In this document: positions 32,901 through 42,100 of the stretch, piece by piece
How the letters are laid out: every line of letters begins with the position of its first letter
Numbering within the stretch: the stretch's first letter is position 1
Source: a virus
Taxonomy: Duplodnaviria > Heunggongvirae > Uroviricota > Caudoviricetes
Virus record (IMG/VR): IMGVR_UViG_3300044712_000123
Length of the DNA: 64,000 bases
Strand: one strand, 5' to 3'
Notes under the pieces: model-generated
Databases searched by the model: none
Seen by the model: the letters and a program-made list of their open reading frames with translations, nothing else
Told to the model about the DNA's origin: nothing
Translations under genes and position numbers: made by a program

Positions 32901-35900
32901 ATAGCCTGCATCTGGAAACAATACGTTAGGTGTTGCAGGTGGAAGAGTGGCCAGCACCTCAGGGTTCTTGATCTGTCTACCATAATTGTAAACTGAGTAC
33001 AAAGGAACTTCTTGCTGAACTCCGGGGATATCATAGTTACCATTGGTCAACCCAACAGTCGAAGGATTACCTGTCAACTGTGTCTCGTTCAATTTGATAT
33101 CAACAAAATTGTTATTTAGGATGCCACCAAACTCACCTGACAAGATAGCCCAATTTTCATAGATATCATAGTCGATACCACCTTGAACCAAGTTTGCTCC
33201 CTTGAACGCCTTAGCAGCAGTCAAAGTTCCTTTTTCTCTAATCATGTTCTTATAGACGTTGACCTGTGTAATGTCTGTCAGGTCTGCAAGAGCCATGTAA
33301 TCACGAGGTCGATATCCAATTAAACTAAAACTCAATTGGTCAGCATCGTTCTCTAGGTTTGCTTTGTTTACATCATAGTATATGGTAGATTCATAAGAAC
33401 GTGTTGAGCTATTAGGCAACAATCCTTTTTGAATTTCATTGTAATTAGTTTCTTTCCACTCACGCTCATCAAACAATTGTTTTGCTTGGATAATCGTAGT
33501 AGCAGTCCAATATTTGTTTTTATATTTGACAATCGCACCTTGAGTGTATTTTGTTTCAGTAGACCACTCAACAATGTTATCTTGGTTCAAGATGAAGCCT
33601 TGAGCATCAACTGTACCGTTCCACTCAGCCGATTTGGCACCTCTTACTGTAATACGAATCTGGCGAAGACCAGTGACTAGATTATAGATAGTGTCGTTGA
33701 ATAATGTTACGTTATCAAAAACAATACCATGTTCAAAATTACTGACGTTGAATTGTCCGTAAGCAACAGTATCACCTTCACTTAATGGAACAACAGTGAA
33801 TGCAGTGCCTTCACGAACGACTGAAAGATTCTCTGATGGAATAGGATACAAGTTTTGATTCAAGACAAAATTTTGCTGTCTCATTGTCAATGGTTGCACA
33901 ATGTAGCTGTCTTTGTTGATTGACAACTCGGTCGCTGCAGGGTTGATGTTCGCAATCGATCCAACTTCCCATCCAATCTGAACCCAGTATAGAAATTCAG
34001 CGATCATTTGACTCCATGTTACTGGAATACCATTTTCTACCTGTGCAAAAACACAACCTTGTTGTTCTAGATATTTACCGTACCCATCTAAGAATTGCGA
34101 CACATCAGTGATAGAGAAAAACTCTGTTCCATATGGAACTAACGCAATTTTATCAGTGTAGTCTTTTGGAATACTAACTGTTTCTTTGTCAATCGTAATA
34201 ACATCAGTATTACCATTTACTTTTGGAATCAATGTTTTGAAATATGCTTCAGTTTGACTGTTTCCATATACAGCATAACCATTCTTAGTGACCTGAATAA
34301 TTACTCCGCTGTAAATGATTCTGTCGAACGGTTGGTTGTCATATAACAAAACACCGTAGCTTTCATCAGGAATCAACAAAGAGCTATTGTTACTGTTTGC
34401 TGATGATTTTTCAACATAGAACTTTAGAAGGTTCTTATCACTGAAGCCAGCGACACGGTAGACCAAACGAACATCAATGTTTGTTAGCAAATCTGCGATA
34501 TTAGTTGTTGCGTCAACGCCAACTTGTTTTTCATAATCAACAATCCAGTTGATATAGCTGGTCTTTGCAGTACCACTACCGTATATTTGAACATCACTTA
34601 AAACTAAGTGGCTACGATTGTTAACCAAGTATTGGTTAAATTCAGTATTATACTTGTAGTTGTCAACGTCAATTGCCAAGTTGAAAAACTCAGCTGGCTT
34701 AGTCAAAGCAAGTATACGCATCAAGTCGAACGGATATGAACTGCTTCTACGATATGAGAATTCAGTTGGACCAACATCTCCCACTTTCCAGTCAGACTGG
34801 AACAAGTAGTCGTTGTAATTACCAACAATTGATGATAGAGGAGGTACTAAGTTACCTTCAGTGTCAACTGGAAGAATGTCTAACAGTTGAGGACGGATTG
34901 CTTGTTCGATTACAATTGGATCACCGTTGTTCCAATTGATACCTTGCGCCAAATCTTCCCATAGAACCAAGTTATCACTTGTGTATGGTGCTGCACCGTA
35001 ACGGGCAGTCCACCAAGACGGTTGATTTTTGAAGCCTAACATTTCCCATGGTGATGTGTTGGGAGTACTTGTATCATAGAAATACAAGTACATTCCTCTC
35101 CAGTAACCTTGGTCTATAGGTGCCTTGTCAATTTTATTTCCACTATTTCGATAGTTGAATGTGTACTCGTTAGTTCTTTGGTAGTACTGTGTTTTGTAGT
35201 CAACACGATTTTGACCTACCCAATTCAAGAATGAACTAGAATAAATTTCTAATATTTCATTGTAGGTATAATCAGTATCACGGAAGAAGCCTGGTAGAAC
35301 CTCATACTCTTGTACGGGAATTACGTTGCTTAACTTCAAGTTGTTGTATACACGTGTTTCGTACTCCAACAAGACCTGATCTCTAAAATCAACCAATGAA
35401 TTAGTTGTAGTATTGTACTGTCCAAACAACTTATTATATGATCCATCGTGTCCTACTATAAAATATGTAGGTTGTTGATAGTTGATATCTTGAATAACCT
35501 GTGGGATAGATGCAGGATACAATCCTAACTTAGTCGGTGTGTTAGGTACATACGAACCGTATGTTTGATTATATTCTTTAATCGTAATCAAGTCGCCGGG
35601 TAACAAGTCAGTAGAGACTGTCAATGAAGGACTGTCAGTACTAACTACATAATCAGTATTTCTGATTAACTGAGTAACTTTGTTGTTGCGTGTAAGATAA
35701 ACTAGCACACCGTAATAATTAGCGGTAGTATAGTCATAAATTCTACTCAACGGATAGATAGATACATCCAATGAGTTGGCAAAACTATATGAATTTGAAA
35801 TGTATGCAGATTTAGATGGCAACATATCAGACCAGAAGAATGGCTGGTCATCTGAATGTGCTGCTGTGATTTGATCCATAGCATCATCTAGCATCTCTGC

Positions 35901-38900
35901 AGGAGACATATACACTGAGTAGTCGGTACTGTTTACTGTATCTACTAACAATGTTTTGAAATTGATGTATTGTTTACTGTTATACATCAAAGAGTTGAAC
36001 AGATTGTGATCCTGCTTGCGCAAGAATGCACCTGGTGCAACTAAAGAAGCACTGTTTTGAATAATTCTATTTCCGTAAGGAACTAAATTACCTAAATCTC
36101 TGAAGTTGTTTGATCCAAACACTGTTCCTACAGTGTCTGGGTTATTAAAGAACATGCTTTGATATTGTCCACGAATATCACCTACGTTAACTGTAGTTAC
36201 TTCCTGATTCAATGGGTTATTGTTCAAGTTGATAGGAATCTGGTAGTATGCATTTGAACTAGTTTGATCGCTCAACAATAGAATTTGAATAACAGTATCA
36301 ACTGCTGGTGCGGTATTCAAAGTAACAGTAGTCGAAGTACTTTCAGCAACATATGTAAACTCAGAAGATGTTTGATAATCATTATTGACAAAAACTTGAA
36401 TTCTTGGCCACTTAGTATACTCAGCAGAGACTAAAGGAATATCACAAGTAAACGTAGCGTCGGTGGTCCCAACGTTGTAATTGAATTCAAAAATTTGATA
36501 TTGTACACTAGGTGATACTGCTGTTTGCCAACCTAGTTGACGAACAAAACTGTCTCGTGCAGTATAGTTATAAACATAACCAATGTTAACATTCTCTGTT
36601 ATTGGAGTTGTTCCTGATACGTAGTTGAAAAGGTCTGAGTTTAAGGTGACATCGAAGCTAATGTCTCCTACGTTGTCAACGCTTGAATATCTGATGGGGA
36701 ATCCTAAAATTGGATCGTCAATTCCTGTTCCAATACCATATCCAAACAATGTTGAGCCTACAAAAGAAGTACCAACATAATAGGCCTTGTCACCTAAACT
36801 AATACCATTAGAATCAAAGATATCAAACAAAGGTGGCTGATTGACTGTAGTTTTTTGTTGAGTCAATTGCCAATTTGTATCATTGAATCGGAAGTCTTTA
36901 CCTTGATTGTTGTATCCTCTAAAGGCAACTGTTTGGTCGTCATTTAAGATAAAACCATCTGCGGCTTCAGTCAATGTTATGATAGGAGTTCCGCCGTCGA
37001 TTGATGAGAAACCACTTACATAAATTTTGTTTCTAACGTTAGCGTCTTGGTCGGCAGCAAAGATGATTCTAGCACCATTAAACAGCGCATAGTTATCAGT
37101 AGTTGTATCAGTTGTGATAATAGATGAGGTTGTTGTGCCTGAAACATTTTTTGTGCCACTCCAAGATACAGTGATAGTTAATACATCAGTTCCAGTGATA
37201 GAAGTGATTGTAGTATTGGTTGGTAACACATTTGTAGAGTCAGCTACATATTGTCCTACTGCAATAGGTCCGATAACATCACTTGCATTGACAGTAATTG
37301 TAGTACTGGTAGCTCCGGTAACGGCTGCAATGATACTGTTATAGCCTGTGTACGATGTAACATCGGGATAATAGTTTTCTTGGCCAGCAACTTGAGTGAA
37401 GGCGTCCGTAGTTCTAAAATCAACAAAGTCTACTGGAGCTTTGCCGATAACACCCGAATCGAATAATCGTAGGTTAGGATAGAACTCAATAATTGGACGC
37501 TTAGCCTTATTCTCAGCAGTGGCATACTTAGTTACTATTGAAGGGTTTCCGTTGTACTGGGCAGTTGCATTAATAACATCAATGTGGAACCAACGGTTAC
37601 TACGTGACCATGCATTCATGTCCATTGAATTTCTTGCAATGGTGATATAGTCCGGAGTTACTGGAACATACAAGGTGCTATCATAATTTTCAACGTCATA
37701 AGGGGTAGTATCATATGGGATATATGATCCAAACGTGAATGGTTCTGGTGCGATCAAATCAGACTCACGAACCAATTGGATAGCTGTACCTACTCCCTCA
37801 ACATAGAAAGGAACGTTTTTGAAACTATCTGGGTAAATTGCCCCTGAGAATACAACCTTAAGACCGTTTGTGAAGACCACGCCAGTTGAAGAGGTATATT
37901 GTTTTCTACCTAAAATTTCAGTTTCAATATTAAGTGTGTTAGTAGTGTTACTATCAACAATCTTAATGACACCTACTTTGTTTGCAGTGGTACCGTCTTG
38001 GTAATATAGCGTGTCTAAAGCTGCACTCAAGAAAGGAATGATGCTTACTGTTCCGGTAACGTTTCTATAAAAGTTGCGACTAATCCATTCAGTACCGTAA
38101 CGAGCAGTAATTTTTTCACTAGTAGGAATTCCTCCACTAGGAACTAATGTTAGTGTAGGATCGATTGAACTTCCGGTATATGTTATTACATAGAAGTTCG
38201 AAGTCTCTAACGGGTCAACTGCACCTGTATTATAAAACATGACAGTCAATCCCTCTAAAGAAGTGATACCGTCAATGTTGCCCACCTGACTCAACAGTTG
38301 ACCGTTAATTTGACTATATGGTGTAGTAGAAACTACGTCAACTTCGTTATTGCCGGGAAAATTGTATTCATCTTGTGCGTTCTTATTAGGAACAGTAAAT
38401 GTAACTACTCCACTTGAAGCACCGTTGTTGATTACACCTAATACATCACGTGTTTGTAAGTTAGGTTGTGTTGGGCTATATCCAGTAACACCCGGTGCAC
38501 CTTGAATCCAAAACTGACTTATTTGATTGACTGTAAATGTGTAAGTACCACCACGCAATAGAGTCAACGTAGGGTTAGTGCTACCTGCTTGGCCATCCAC
38601 AGCAATATTGTATCCGTTAACTGCATCAGTTACTAGATAGCTCGAACCACTAAAAATAGTTTCAGTAGAAATAGTGACACGCTCTGGTCCCTGTGGCAAC
38701 CAGTAATACTGATTAAAGTTAATGATTTTATCTAAGTCAGTGAAGGAATCCCATGAATAGAACTGACTGTTGAACAGACGATTATTATCAGTAGTTAAAC
38801 CACCTTCTACCTTCAATCCGTCAATAATACCAGGGTAACTAATGAAGTCGTTTGCGGTTGTTTGATTTGCTTTGGTAAAGACGACGCCAGGATCTAATTG

Positions 38901-39107
38901 ATAATCAGTTCTTGTCTTTGTGGGTTCAGTCACATAGTAGTTCTTAGCGTTGATACCATACCCAAATTTACTTCCAACATATCCCTCAATACGTTTCGTG
39001 TTCGGTTGAGCGACCACTTGATCCAACGTAGCCTGTAAAAACTGACTGTTGGTTACTGTTTTGAAAATTTCAGGAAGAAAGTTTAGCGTTCTAATTCTTG
39101 TTGCCAT
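20934..39107 (-). CDS. Giant (6057 aa) baseplate wedge/adhesin-like virion protein
   Basis: Uninterrupted 18-kb ORF downstream of gp6; FG-GAP-like propeller repeats, Asp-box (SxDGxxW) repeats, about 13 GxPxxF..GG....YYV repeats, VKPYH wedge-like motif. Confidence 0.85.
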   Translation of the reverse strand: MATRIRTLNFLPEIFKTVTNSQFLQATLDQVVAQPNTKRIEGYVGSKFGYGINAKNYYVTEPTKTRTDYQLDPGVVFTKANQTTANDFISYPGIIDGLKVEGGLTTDNNRLFNSQFYSWDSFTDLDKIINFNQYYWLPQGPERVTISTETIFSGSSYLVTDAVNGYNIAVDGQAGSTNPTLTLLRGGTYTFTVNQISQFWIQGAPGVTGYSPTQPNLQTRDVLGVINNGASSGVVTFTVPNKNAQDEYNFPGNNEVDVVSTTPYSQINGQLLSQVGNIDGITSLEGLTVMFYNTGAVDPLETSNFYVITYTGSSIDPTLTLVPSGGIPTSEKITARYGTEWISRNFYRNVTGTVSIIPFLSAALDTLYYQDGTTANKVGVIKIVDSNTTNTLNIETEILGRKQYTSSTGVVFTNGLKVVFSGAIYPDSFKNVPFYVEGVGTAIQLVRESDLIAPEPFTFGSYIPYDTTPYDVENYDSTLYVPVTPDYITIARNSMDMNAWSRSNRWFHIDVINATAQYNGNPSIVTKYATAENKAKRPIIEFYPNLRLFDSGVIGKAPVDFVDFRTTDAFTQVAGQENYYPDVTSYTGYNSIIAAVTGATSTTITVNASDVIGPIAVGQYVADSTNVLPTNTTITSITGTDVLTITVSWSGTKNVSGTTTSSIITTDTTTDNYALFNGARIIFAADQDANVRNKIYVSGFSSIDGGTPIITLTEAADGFILNDDQTVAFRGYNNQGKDFRFNDTNWQLTQQKTTVNQPPLFDIFDSNGISLGDKAYYVGTSFVGSTLFGYGIGTGIDDPILGFPIRYSSVDNVGDISFDVTLNSDLFNYVSGTTPITENVNIGYVYNYTARDSFVRQLGWQTAVSPSVQYQIFEFNYNVGTTDATFTCDIPLVSAEYTKWPRIQVFVNNDYQTSSEFTYVAESTSTTVTLNTAPAVDTVIQILLLSDQTSSNAYYQIPINLNNNPLNQEVTTVNVGDIRGQYQSMFFNNPDTVGTVFGSNNFRDLGNLVPYGNRIIQNSASLVAPGAFLRKQDHNLFNSLMYNSKQYINFKTLLVDTVNSTDYSVYMSPAEMLDDAMDQITAAHSDDQPFFWSDMLPSKSAYISNSYSFANSLDVSIYPLSRIYDYTTANYYGVLVYLTRNNKVTQLIRNTDYVVSTDSPSLTVSTDLLPGDLITIKEYNQTYGSYVPNTPTKLGLYPASIPQVIQDINYQQPTYFIVGHDGSYNKLFGQYNTTTNSLVDFRDQVLLEYETRVYNNLKLSNVIPVQEYEVLPGFFRDTDYTYNEILEIYSSSFLNWVGQNRVDYKTQYYQRTNEYTFNYRNSGNKIDKAPIDQGYWRGMYLYFYDTSTPNTSPWEMLGFKNQPSWWTARYGAAPYTSDNLVLWEDLAQGINWNNGDPIVIEQAIRPQLLDILPVDTEGNLVPPLSSIVGNYNDYLFQSDWKVGDVGPTEFSYRRSSSYPFDLMRILALTKPAEFFNLAIDVDNYKYNTEFNQYLVNNRSHLVLSDVQIYGSGTAKTSYINWIVDYEKQVGVDATTNIADLLTNIDVRLVYRVAGFSDKNLLKFYVEKSSANSNNSSLLIPDESYGVLLYDNQPFDRIIYSGVIIQVTKNGYAVYGNSQTEAYFKTLIPKVNGNTDVITIDKETVSIPKDYTDKIALVPYGTEFFSITDVSQFLDGYGKYLEQQGCVFAQVENGIPVTWSQMIAEFLYWVQIGWEVGSIANINPAATELSINKDSYIVQPLTMRQQNFVLNQNLYPIPSENLSVVREGTAFTVVPLSEGDTVAYGQFNVSNFEHGIVFDNVTLFNDTIYNLVTGLRQIRITVRGAKSAEWNGTVDAQGFILNQDNIVEWSTETKYTQGAIVKYKNKYWTATTIIQAKQLFDEREWKETNYNEIQKGLLPNSSTRSYESTIYYDVNKANLENDADQLSFSLIGYRPRDYMALADLTDITQVNVYKNMIREKGTLTAAKAFKGANLVQGGIDYDIYENWAILSGEFGGILNNNFVDIKLNETQLTGNPSTVGLTNGNYDIPGVQQEVPLYSVYNYGRQIKNPEVLATLPPATPNVLFPDAGYVNLNDVKMSAYYYANLPTAKDNSNNVVPLSELYVRDYVWLADYLGTWQTFTPTSLGQVVYAKNNLNGTVTVTFASAHNLSQYQAFAIVNFDARVDNYYIVSSVVDPYKVIITLNLNPQVSTITGYGVGFKFQSQRVNTPSDISTLPLLDSEFIKNKVWVDTNNDGSWAVYRKSLNYGFDYNTTKDGSVSFGSSVAYTNKVGGLIGDAGAGAVYRYSYNPLMKEYELYQTLTKGASFGTTIAYSDNSFIISEPTSGTPKVYVYELEQTTLVDRLNLIQEIPAEDSSTKWGTALSISGDKNWLYISAADLNKVYVYRKSSITGLYELSTSLTVSGLTSGDNFGASITTDYFGDTVVVGAPQQDYSTISNWGYAYMFERTVQNFEAQYTSQIYTPQSFGLSWTPSNTASKTASSITSNAITLNNVTNLVGGANGTAITFTGTVFGGVSLNRVYYVKTVVGSTITLSLTRNGSTLNLTNSSGTMTVNAQTSPLYVSVNGTLLDDSAYAAIGSTLTVYSGLNAGDIINVSGNNFVKSQVLTSPSAPRIGVQFGTSMDSTTYTSEVIIGAPFELSSSNHEGAVYRFTNGGNKYGVIIGTSDCNVTTTRTILLNGYAVSIPTGNASVAAAAINSARITNVQAAAIAGKLIIQLIDINLATPNDKLSITVLDSATPAELGINILTLTQTVECPHADGATQFGYNVRFNESESFVASAPSGTRYSGTTFDFSDDESDNDTVFDNNATQWVDTIANVGAVYMFDYLANYNESLLNPGKFVYAQSTNANTDVNGAQPMYGHAIDFNNSFVMIGTPNFVSGTTKGQVIFYSNPSGVQDWSVYRSSSAVVDTSKIQNVQLYSASTNSTLVNLDYMDPLQGKLLGVVRENIDVVSNIDPASYNTTGTLPSDSIWGAEKVGEIWFDTSRSRFINYHQNDVVYNSKYWGTLFPGSDVAVYSWISSNVVPSAYQGPGTPYDITSYTTEYITNSTGGLSPVYFFWVRNTNIIFTKTGKTLADSIIEQYISNPISSGISYFAPLLPNVFGLYNSGEYVNYTDTVLHIGYGNGSSQDVPHSLYSLIRANYADDFLPGLPASNSANTEPESLYAKLLDSLSGTNIAGSVIPDPYLPKPVQYGVLTRPRQSFFVNRLTALKNYLQYANEVILQYPFIESYNSTFVYKVGEINPSTVNNPNWLGSPLPFFDVNAYWDVVNWWAPGYNDNTKSAVQVSIYADLAALNVPTGTIATVLANGDGFAETYILLSTGEWNRIGLTNGTIQFKSSLWDYQTARFGFGDNFFDTTPYDTYPSEETRYIVRAINEELPNNLDLFRNKALILLFEYIQSETIESQNYLPWLNKTSFVDVAHTIRELKPIEVFQSDNQDFLSGYLNEVKPYHVVIKEFLYKYTGTDVYEGDITDFDLPAKYNSTYEKFITPELVYTNPSADNQYLPSDPIWQTSEYNQWYQNYGVSITGVDNYSITTLASYVALNSTAMAVDNAYGFPINGIITIGEEQIGYANVDRSLNVLSGLTRGLNGTAIVQHLPGEEITINLPAVLLLNGGRAYTEPPKVTAYIDTSIYPEPTRPAVLKAVMNLDSVLSVTVEDPGQGYAVLPKIIIDPATTVTFDSSKVSTTSNTIELFAPTLQTGDLVTYAVGADTTAVGGLENGQRYYINVLETNPAVIIALYSNYANALLDRQRITLFTTGTGANQTLNLGAFASCISSAAPIRENQIKMKFDRTSYQSQVSDWLSGEYYSSFYAGNYDNSSRISSSSISLESSAPPVDNILASAMGAVFEIQNISNSETLSWSSQERSVINTNVTGTNEIKVYPTNWQSLSVADINLLDTTLGFYVGMPVKFIGAVSGGLVGGQTYYVKTVNSKTSFTVSATISNGVPGAVQTLTTSTIGAAGLICYTGELNNVAVVTIDYPGITTATATTQGNNAVTIPLNTSGTGGTRGFYTGLSVYFTGNVFGGIVENEHYYVTSVIDLQNFTISKIEQPTKFTVSETDSSGIVTCNTTVSLAVNDPVIFSNINPATGSTNIVAGTRYYVQSILSGNTIKISAYLNGGVFNPGTCTFASSNEMLATSQRDTVNLTTATGEMTLNVSLPVSPGQVNGQQMTFYGTSGEYVGVTGTSGNYLTRTIDATTNVIAIDSESGGTSGFYLNMPVVFDTAIGGLSAATTYYVTEYTGRVISSTESVPGIQLEITGTTSVGNYLVCADTSGIYVGMPIVFSGISLGTLELDNEYYVHSINSSTQFTVAYTPSSLTPVTVTTTSGSMIAEGSPYITVSATPSGADVSVSYELGPVTMTQTPTDTTTVFDVSYMIGGYSVIIVDGGSGYAVDNTIVILGEYLGGVTGVNDLTMTVNSIDSNGVITNVIRAGTPAGPVNQYYLKVISNNQVEVYENNLLTIPVSGITLAQTYTGVTSTLVTDSNLTTDTLTIADSTGFALYDPIVFTGTVAGGLTLGQTYYIVGITTTVSPEATIQVATSPTGSAINITANDVTCTVAKQGDYAFLPEPFYFNRSVVKYNNRVYQCLISNNDTDFIFGKWELLDSGSSKLNALDRIVGYYQPTINMPGLDLTQLVEGITYPNSTYLGNAFAPDAQFPIDTILQDQPFYPAEVDIKSVIWDGTTYVAAANAPTYSAVLLSASATLWNIDRIANQPINPTDIITVGIGDDTKYIMTTTNASTPLLLSEDGASWVWISSGAEYTPYDAIPFDDIGFDLSALKTDAVSLNSVAYYNGVAVAVGQNIVASTDFFFWPEVYDLSIAYGNLPQVLNGVTSVSIPNYNGFVAVGAGQRVVGSNTIDTNLIVTSTDGLNWVPQFDVLTSYALNAVTSNTDKIIIVGDNSVRFVSVNGSNWNNISAAGTGNPNLNDVIYAQGKFVVVGDNGTIQSSVNGDVWTTYTSGTTENLNSITYNADLGEFVVVGENNITLSSPDLSTWTISTLFVTEPTVYNVQGDAFTAGYGPEEMVPGVVSDTLTMTVATRPGTDWAATKYAHVGYNVVSTELVVENTVQKIFSWANTVETPSQLAVFGISATTGLSVSLYKNTDYTIDWIAQTITMNSTPYSLGYNKIRVDVYETGNGDQLVKANTSTDPIRDNSSTGFSEIYVNCDYSAPIFSGSGVVRPGSEPIEVIATRTEAGPDSITVTNIGKFILNSPIKFYGGVFGGVQEDVTYYVKTISLVTGKITISDTFNVGTGTAGPTFQLSDATGIMTVIIQVGIGQPWSTPITFYNGNQLTFGSALNITRTNSVRDTVTCNSTNGLVVGSQLVFSNTMFGNIIEPMKKYYLKSIYDGNEFTISETLGGATVQLDDATGGAMVVVNDYAFGVVEDSITAKIIFAGVNDPNNPGYVMPYNQSTDYLTYTLFGETVPEQYGYTLPEVNLFTGTGSQTVFAFTNYVGLTNRTSSIVEINGIRQTSSTYTISAGTNTITFTSAPALNAKIVVTTYNRTERQYFNTQYGLTGNIVASIVNVSNALSTPIATSTVTATDGTTEYITCGSTTGFIVGQPIEFKGTSFGSVATDGTVYFVRAIISSTQFTIQDQSGTIINLTTGSGLMVAYVGGQPAVRVTTSAANGFVTGDIVMIDGTQGSVQLNNSVYYVHKITTTQFDLYASAYNSANGATNTPITEISSYISGGYAWKWGTYILAAATATATSSVTNAITCSDATQLIHNTPVIFTKQGYSEGASLFGGLIAGTVYYVNSIVDGTNFTLSTEPDGETLALTTGSGSINVTQWEQNNVDRLWVTINGYRVPSSALRLNPDNYLSILVPISSSDEVIITSMMPSATPNEMVYQLNVSTTGNGEVYRANAENRTWLTQPLYNTQDQIHVNDAKRLVNTYEQTVAIPVGYNPATEPLIIGVPLDKNLIIQVNLFNATTGTEVPSISYRLALVDAAPVVIYTGSGQVGNNLVLTVIYGNMIYLNGEYIRFGKADLTLNVLSELQRGQLGTGEQSSIPKYAEVFGLLSSNRMTDVEYETVWNSTVYNSTLGDPLQISDTSAAIFLNGGSN

Positions 39108-39130
39108 TATTACATCTCTAGGTTATATAG

Positions 39131-39138
39131 TACTTATC
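39131..39138 (-). promoter_or_regulatory. Putative late promoter (GATAAGTA)
   Basis: Octamer variant in the gap upstream of the giant gene. Confidence 0.6.
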
Positions 39139-39139
39139 A

Positions 39140-42100
39140 TTACGCAATTTGTAGTTCTGCAGGAGTCAACGCAGAGATGACTACTACGTCATTTGCAGTT
39201 GCCGCATTTACAAAAATTTCATACGGTGTAGATTTGATTTCATAAAGATCACCAAACTTCATCGTTGGATCGTTAGGAACTAATACGGCTGAGCTAATCA
39301 ACTCACCTACTTCTGAGTGTAGGAATGCAGATAACTCAGAGAAATAGAAAGTGTCGCCAAAGTTCCAGTTGTTAATAGCGAAATAATTATTCATAGACGT
39401 TAGAACGGCGCTACGTATTTCACTATCGCTTGCGTTAGTATTTTGATTCTTGATTACTTTGATAGTACCACGCAATTGAGGTGCTGCTTTAGCACCAAAC
39501 AATGGCTTGAATACCACGCTATTCAATACGGTGCTATCACTAATCATTTTGTAATCATTAATCTTACTGTATTCTTGATTCAATTCATTGATCGTAGGAC
39601 GATTTGGTTCAGGAATAGTATTAGTAGTGTCTTGAATCCAATTCTGATATTGAGTATAATATGATTGCGTCACAACATACAAGTCAATGATGTTTGTCGT
39701 AGCGGGATCGATACGGGTTGTGTTGTTACTATTGTGACGATATTGAAATTGCAATCCTTGACGACCGGTCATCATCATATATTGTGTCTGTACAATCAAA
39801 TTGAAATACGGAGTATTGATAGTATCATCCTGTACGCTAATATAGAACTTGTTCTCGCTGTATGCATAGAATAATTGTCCCTCAGGGTACTCATACTTAG
39901 CAATCTCAATTTGAGCTTGAGTTGGGTACTGATATATTACATCAGTTGACGGGATAATTTGGTAGCGTGACAAGTTGACCGCATCTTGGATCAACTGGAA
40001 GAATACGTATATACCAATGTTTGATGATGAGGCATTGAACCCAGTAACTTGCTGGAAGAAATCTGGGTTAGTTATCAATGTTCTGTCATTAATATCGATA
40101 CTAGAAACTTCAACAGTATAATCATCGATGTATCCATCGCTCTGTACTGTTTGACCAATAACGTTTGATTTTATTCCAATTCCAAACGGGTATGTACTGT
40201 TAGGCTGTGTATTAGTTGGCAATACATCAATGTAATCTTGAAGAACTTTTCCGGTAAAAGGATCATAAACTAGCTTACCAGTTTCATAGGTAAAGCGGGT
40301 GTCTGATACACTTCCAAAGAAGTAAGCAAGCGAACGATATGTTATGACATAACGATTATACCCGGTACTTTGGAAGTTAACAAAATAGTTAGGATCGTTG
40401 TAAGTGCTAACACTCCATCGATCTTGTGCAATTGTCAATGAGTTATCAAAAATCAAACTAAAACTTTGATTTAGTTCCATGCGAATCAAACATTCGTTCA
40501 ATACTGTTTGTGGTAATGAGTTACTAAACGCCGGTAATACGCTTGGATTGAGTGTATCTATCAATGCACCTGCAGGGACATATCCGTTGATAGTCACTGG
40601 ACCCGTTCCGTTACTGAACTGACCGTCTCCGTTGTTGTATCCGTCACCTATGACATTTAGTATTGATGTCCAAATAAAAGTTTTATCTGAAGGGGATGCA
40701 ATACCAGCAACTAATCTGTTATTGTTGTCAAAGTAATAGCCAGCAGGAGCAATGAATTTAACCATAGCACCTTTTGTGATATATTTCACGTTATGAGTAG
40801 AGTACGTCCCTAATGCTACCGCAGTTTTAACACTACCGTTCAATGTATAGAAATATCCAGTTTGACTATTATTGTCAACTGTAGAACTTTGCCAGTAGAC
40901 AGTACCGTCTCCTGATGCAGTATTGATTTCGTAACGAGGATAATATTGCGTATAGTATTGTGTTGCTCTAGGTTTTATATTACTAGACAATGCACTGGCT
41001 AAAGTACCTGTCAAAAAGGTAATGATATCAGATTGATTGTTAATAGTTAAGAGTATACTACCATCAGATGAATCTTGATACAACGCACCATCAGTACCAA
41101 TGCAGTTAGTACTTGAATATTTTCCTGTAGGATCAAGTAAATCTAAGTTCTTAGAGACACCAACGCTTGAACGGTTGATAGCTTTTGACTTGATGATAGA
41201 ACTATACAGGGTGTACGGGAAGTTATTATAATCTTCTCCGTTGACCATACGATTCTGTGTATAGTAACGTGATGGGGCACGTTGTTTGATGTTTGCCAAA
41301 GTCTCACGTGCTTGTGCATTTGACACAGGCGTTTGTAATGACAAACCAATTGTCAATGTTTCTTGACGACCTAAACGGCTGATATAGCTGAAAGATATAT
41401 TCAATCCCTGCATTTCTGTAGGATCAATAGTATATGTTAGTGCGTTACCAGAACGAACATATGCTCTATAAGAACCAACAGGGATCTCACTGAAAACACC
41501 ATCTCCAAACACATAACTGACTTGGTCATTGAAACGAGAACTTACTGAGAAGATACGCTTTGCACTTGTTTCAGTTTGCAGATATGCGTCAGCATACACG
41601 TTTTCAACTTGTTTCCATAACAATGGGCTACCATTGTTGGTATTAGTTTGATACAACCAAGTGTCAGTGTTGTTAACACCTTGGATATCAATATCAACTA
41701 CTTGGTTAGCAATTTGCTGTTGCAAGGTAAAATCGAATGTCTGAGTTTGGCCTTGCTTGAAGTAGAAGAAGAAACCAGTATTAGGGCTACCGTAACCTAG
41801 CTTGTCATTACGATACAACATATTAAATTTGTTGCTAGGTGCGGGAGGAATCTCATAGATATAATCAGTACCAACACTAGTTACGCTGCACAATTCAAAG
41901 TTCATATTAGTTCCGTTGACGCTTGAACTAAAAGGAACGATGGGTAAAGTGTTAGGTGGAATTGACATTGTGTATTCGTCAGTTGCGATTCCTAACAACT
42001 GAGCAGAGTTACCCGGACGACCCACTTTCTGAGTGTTGATTAATGTTGCGTTTATAATTGTGTTAAACTGCTCTTTCCAATTTGGGTTAGCAGGATCGTT

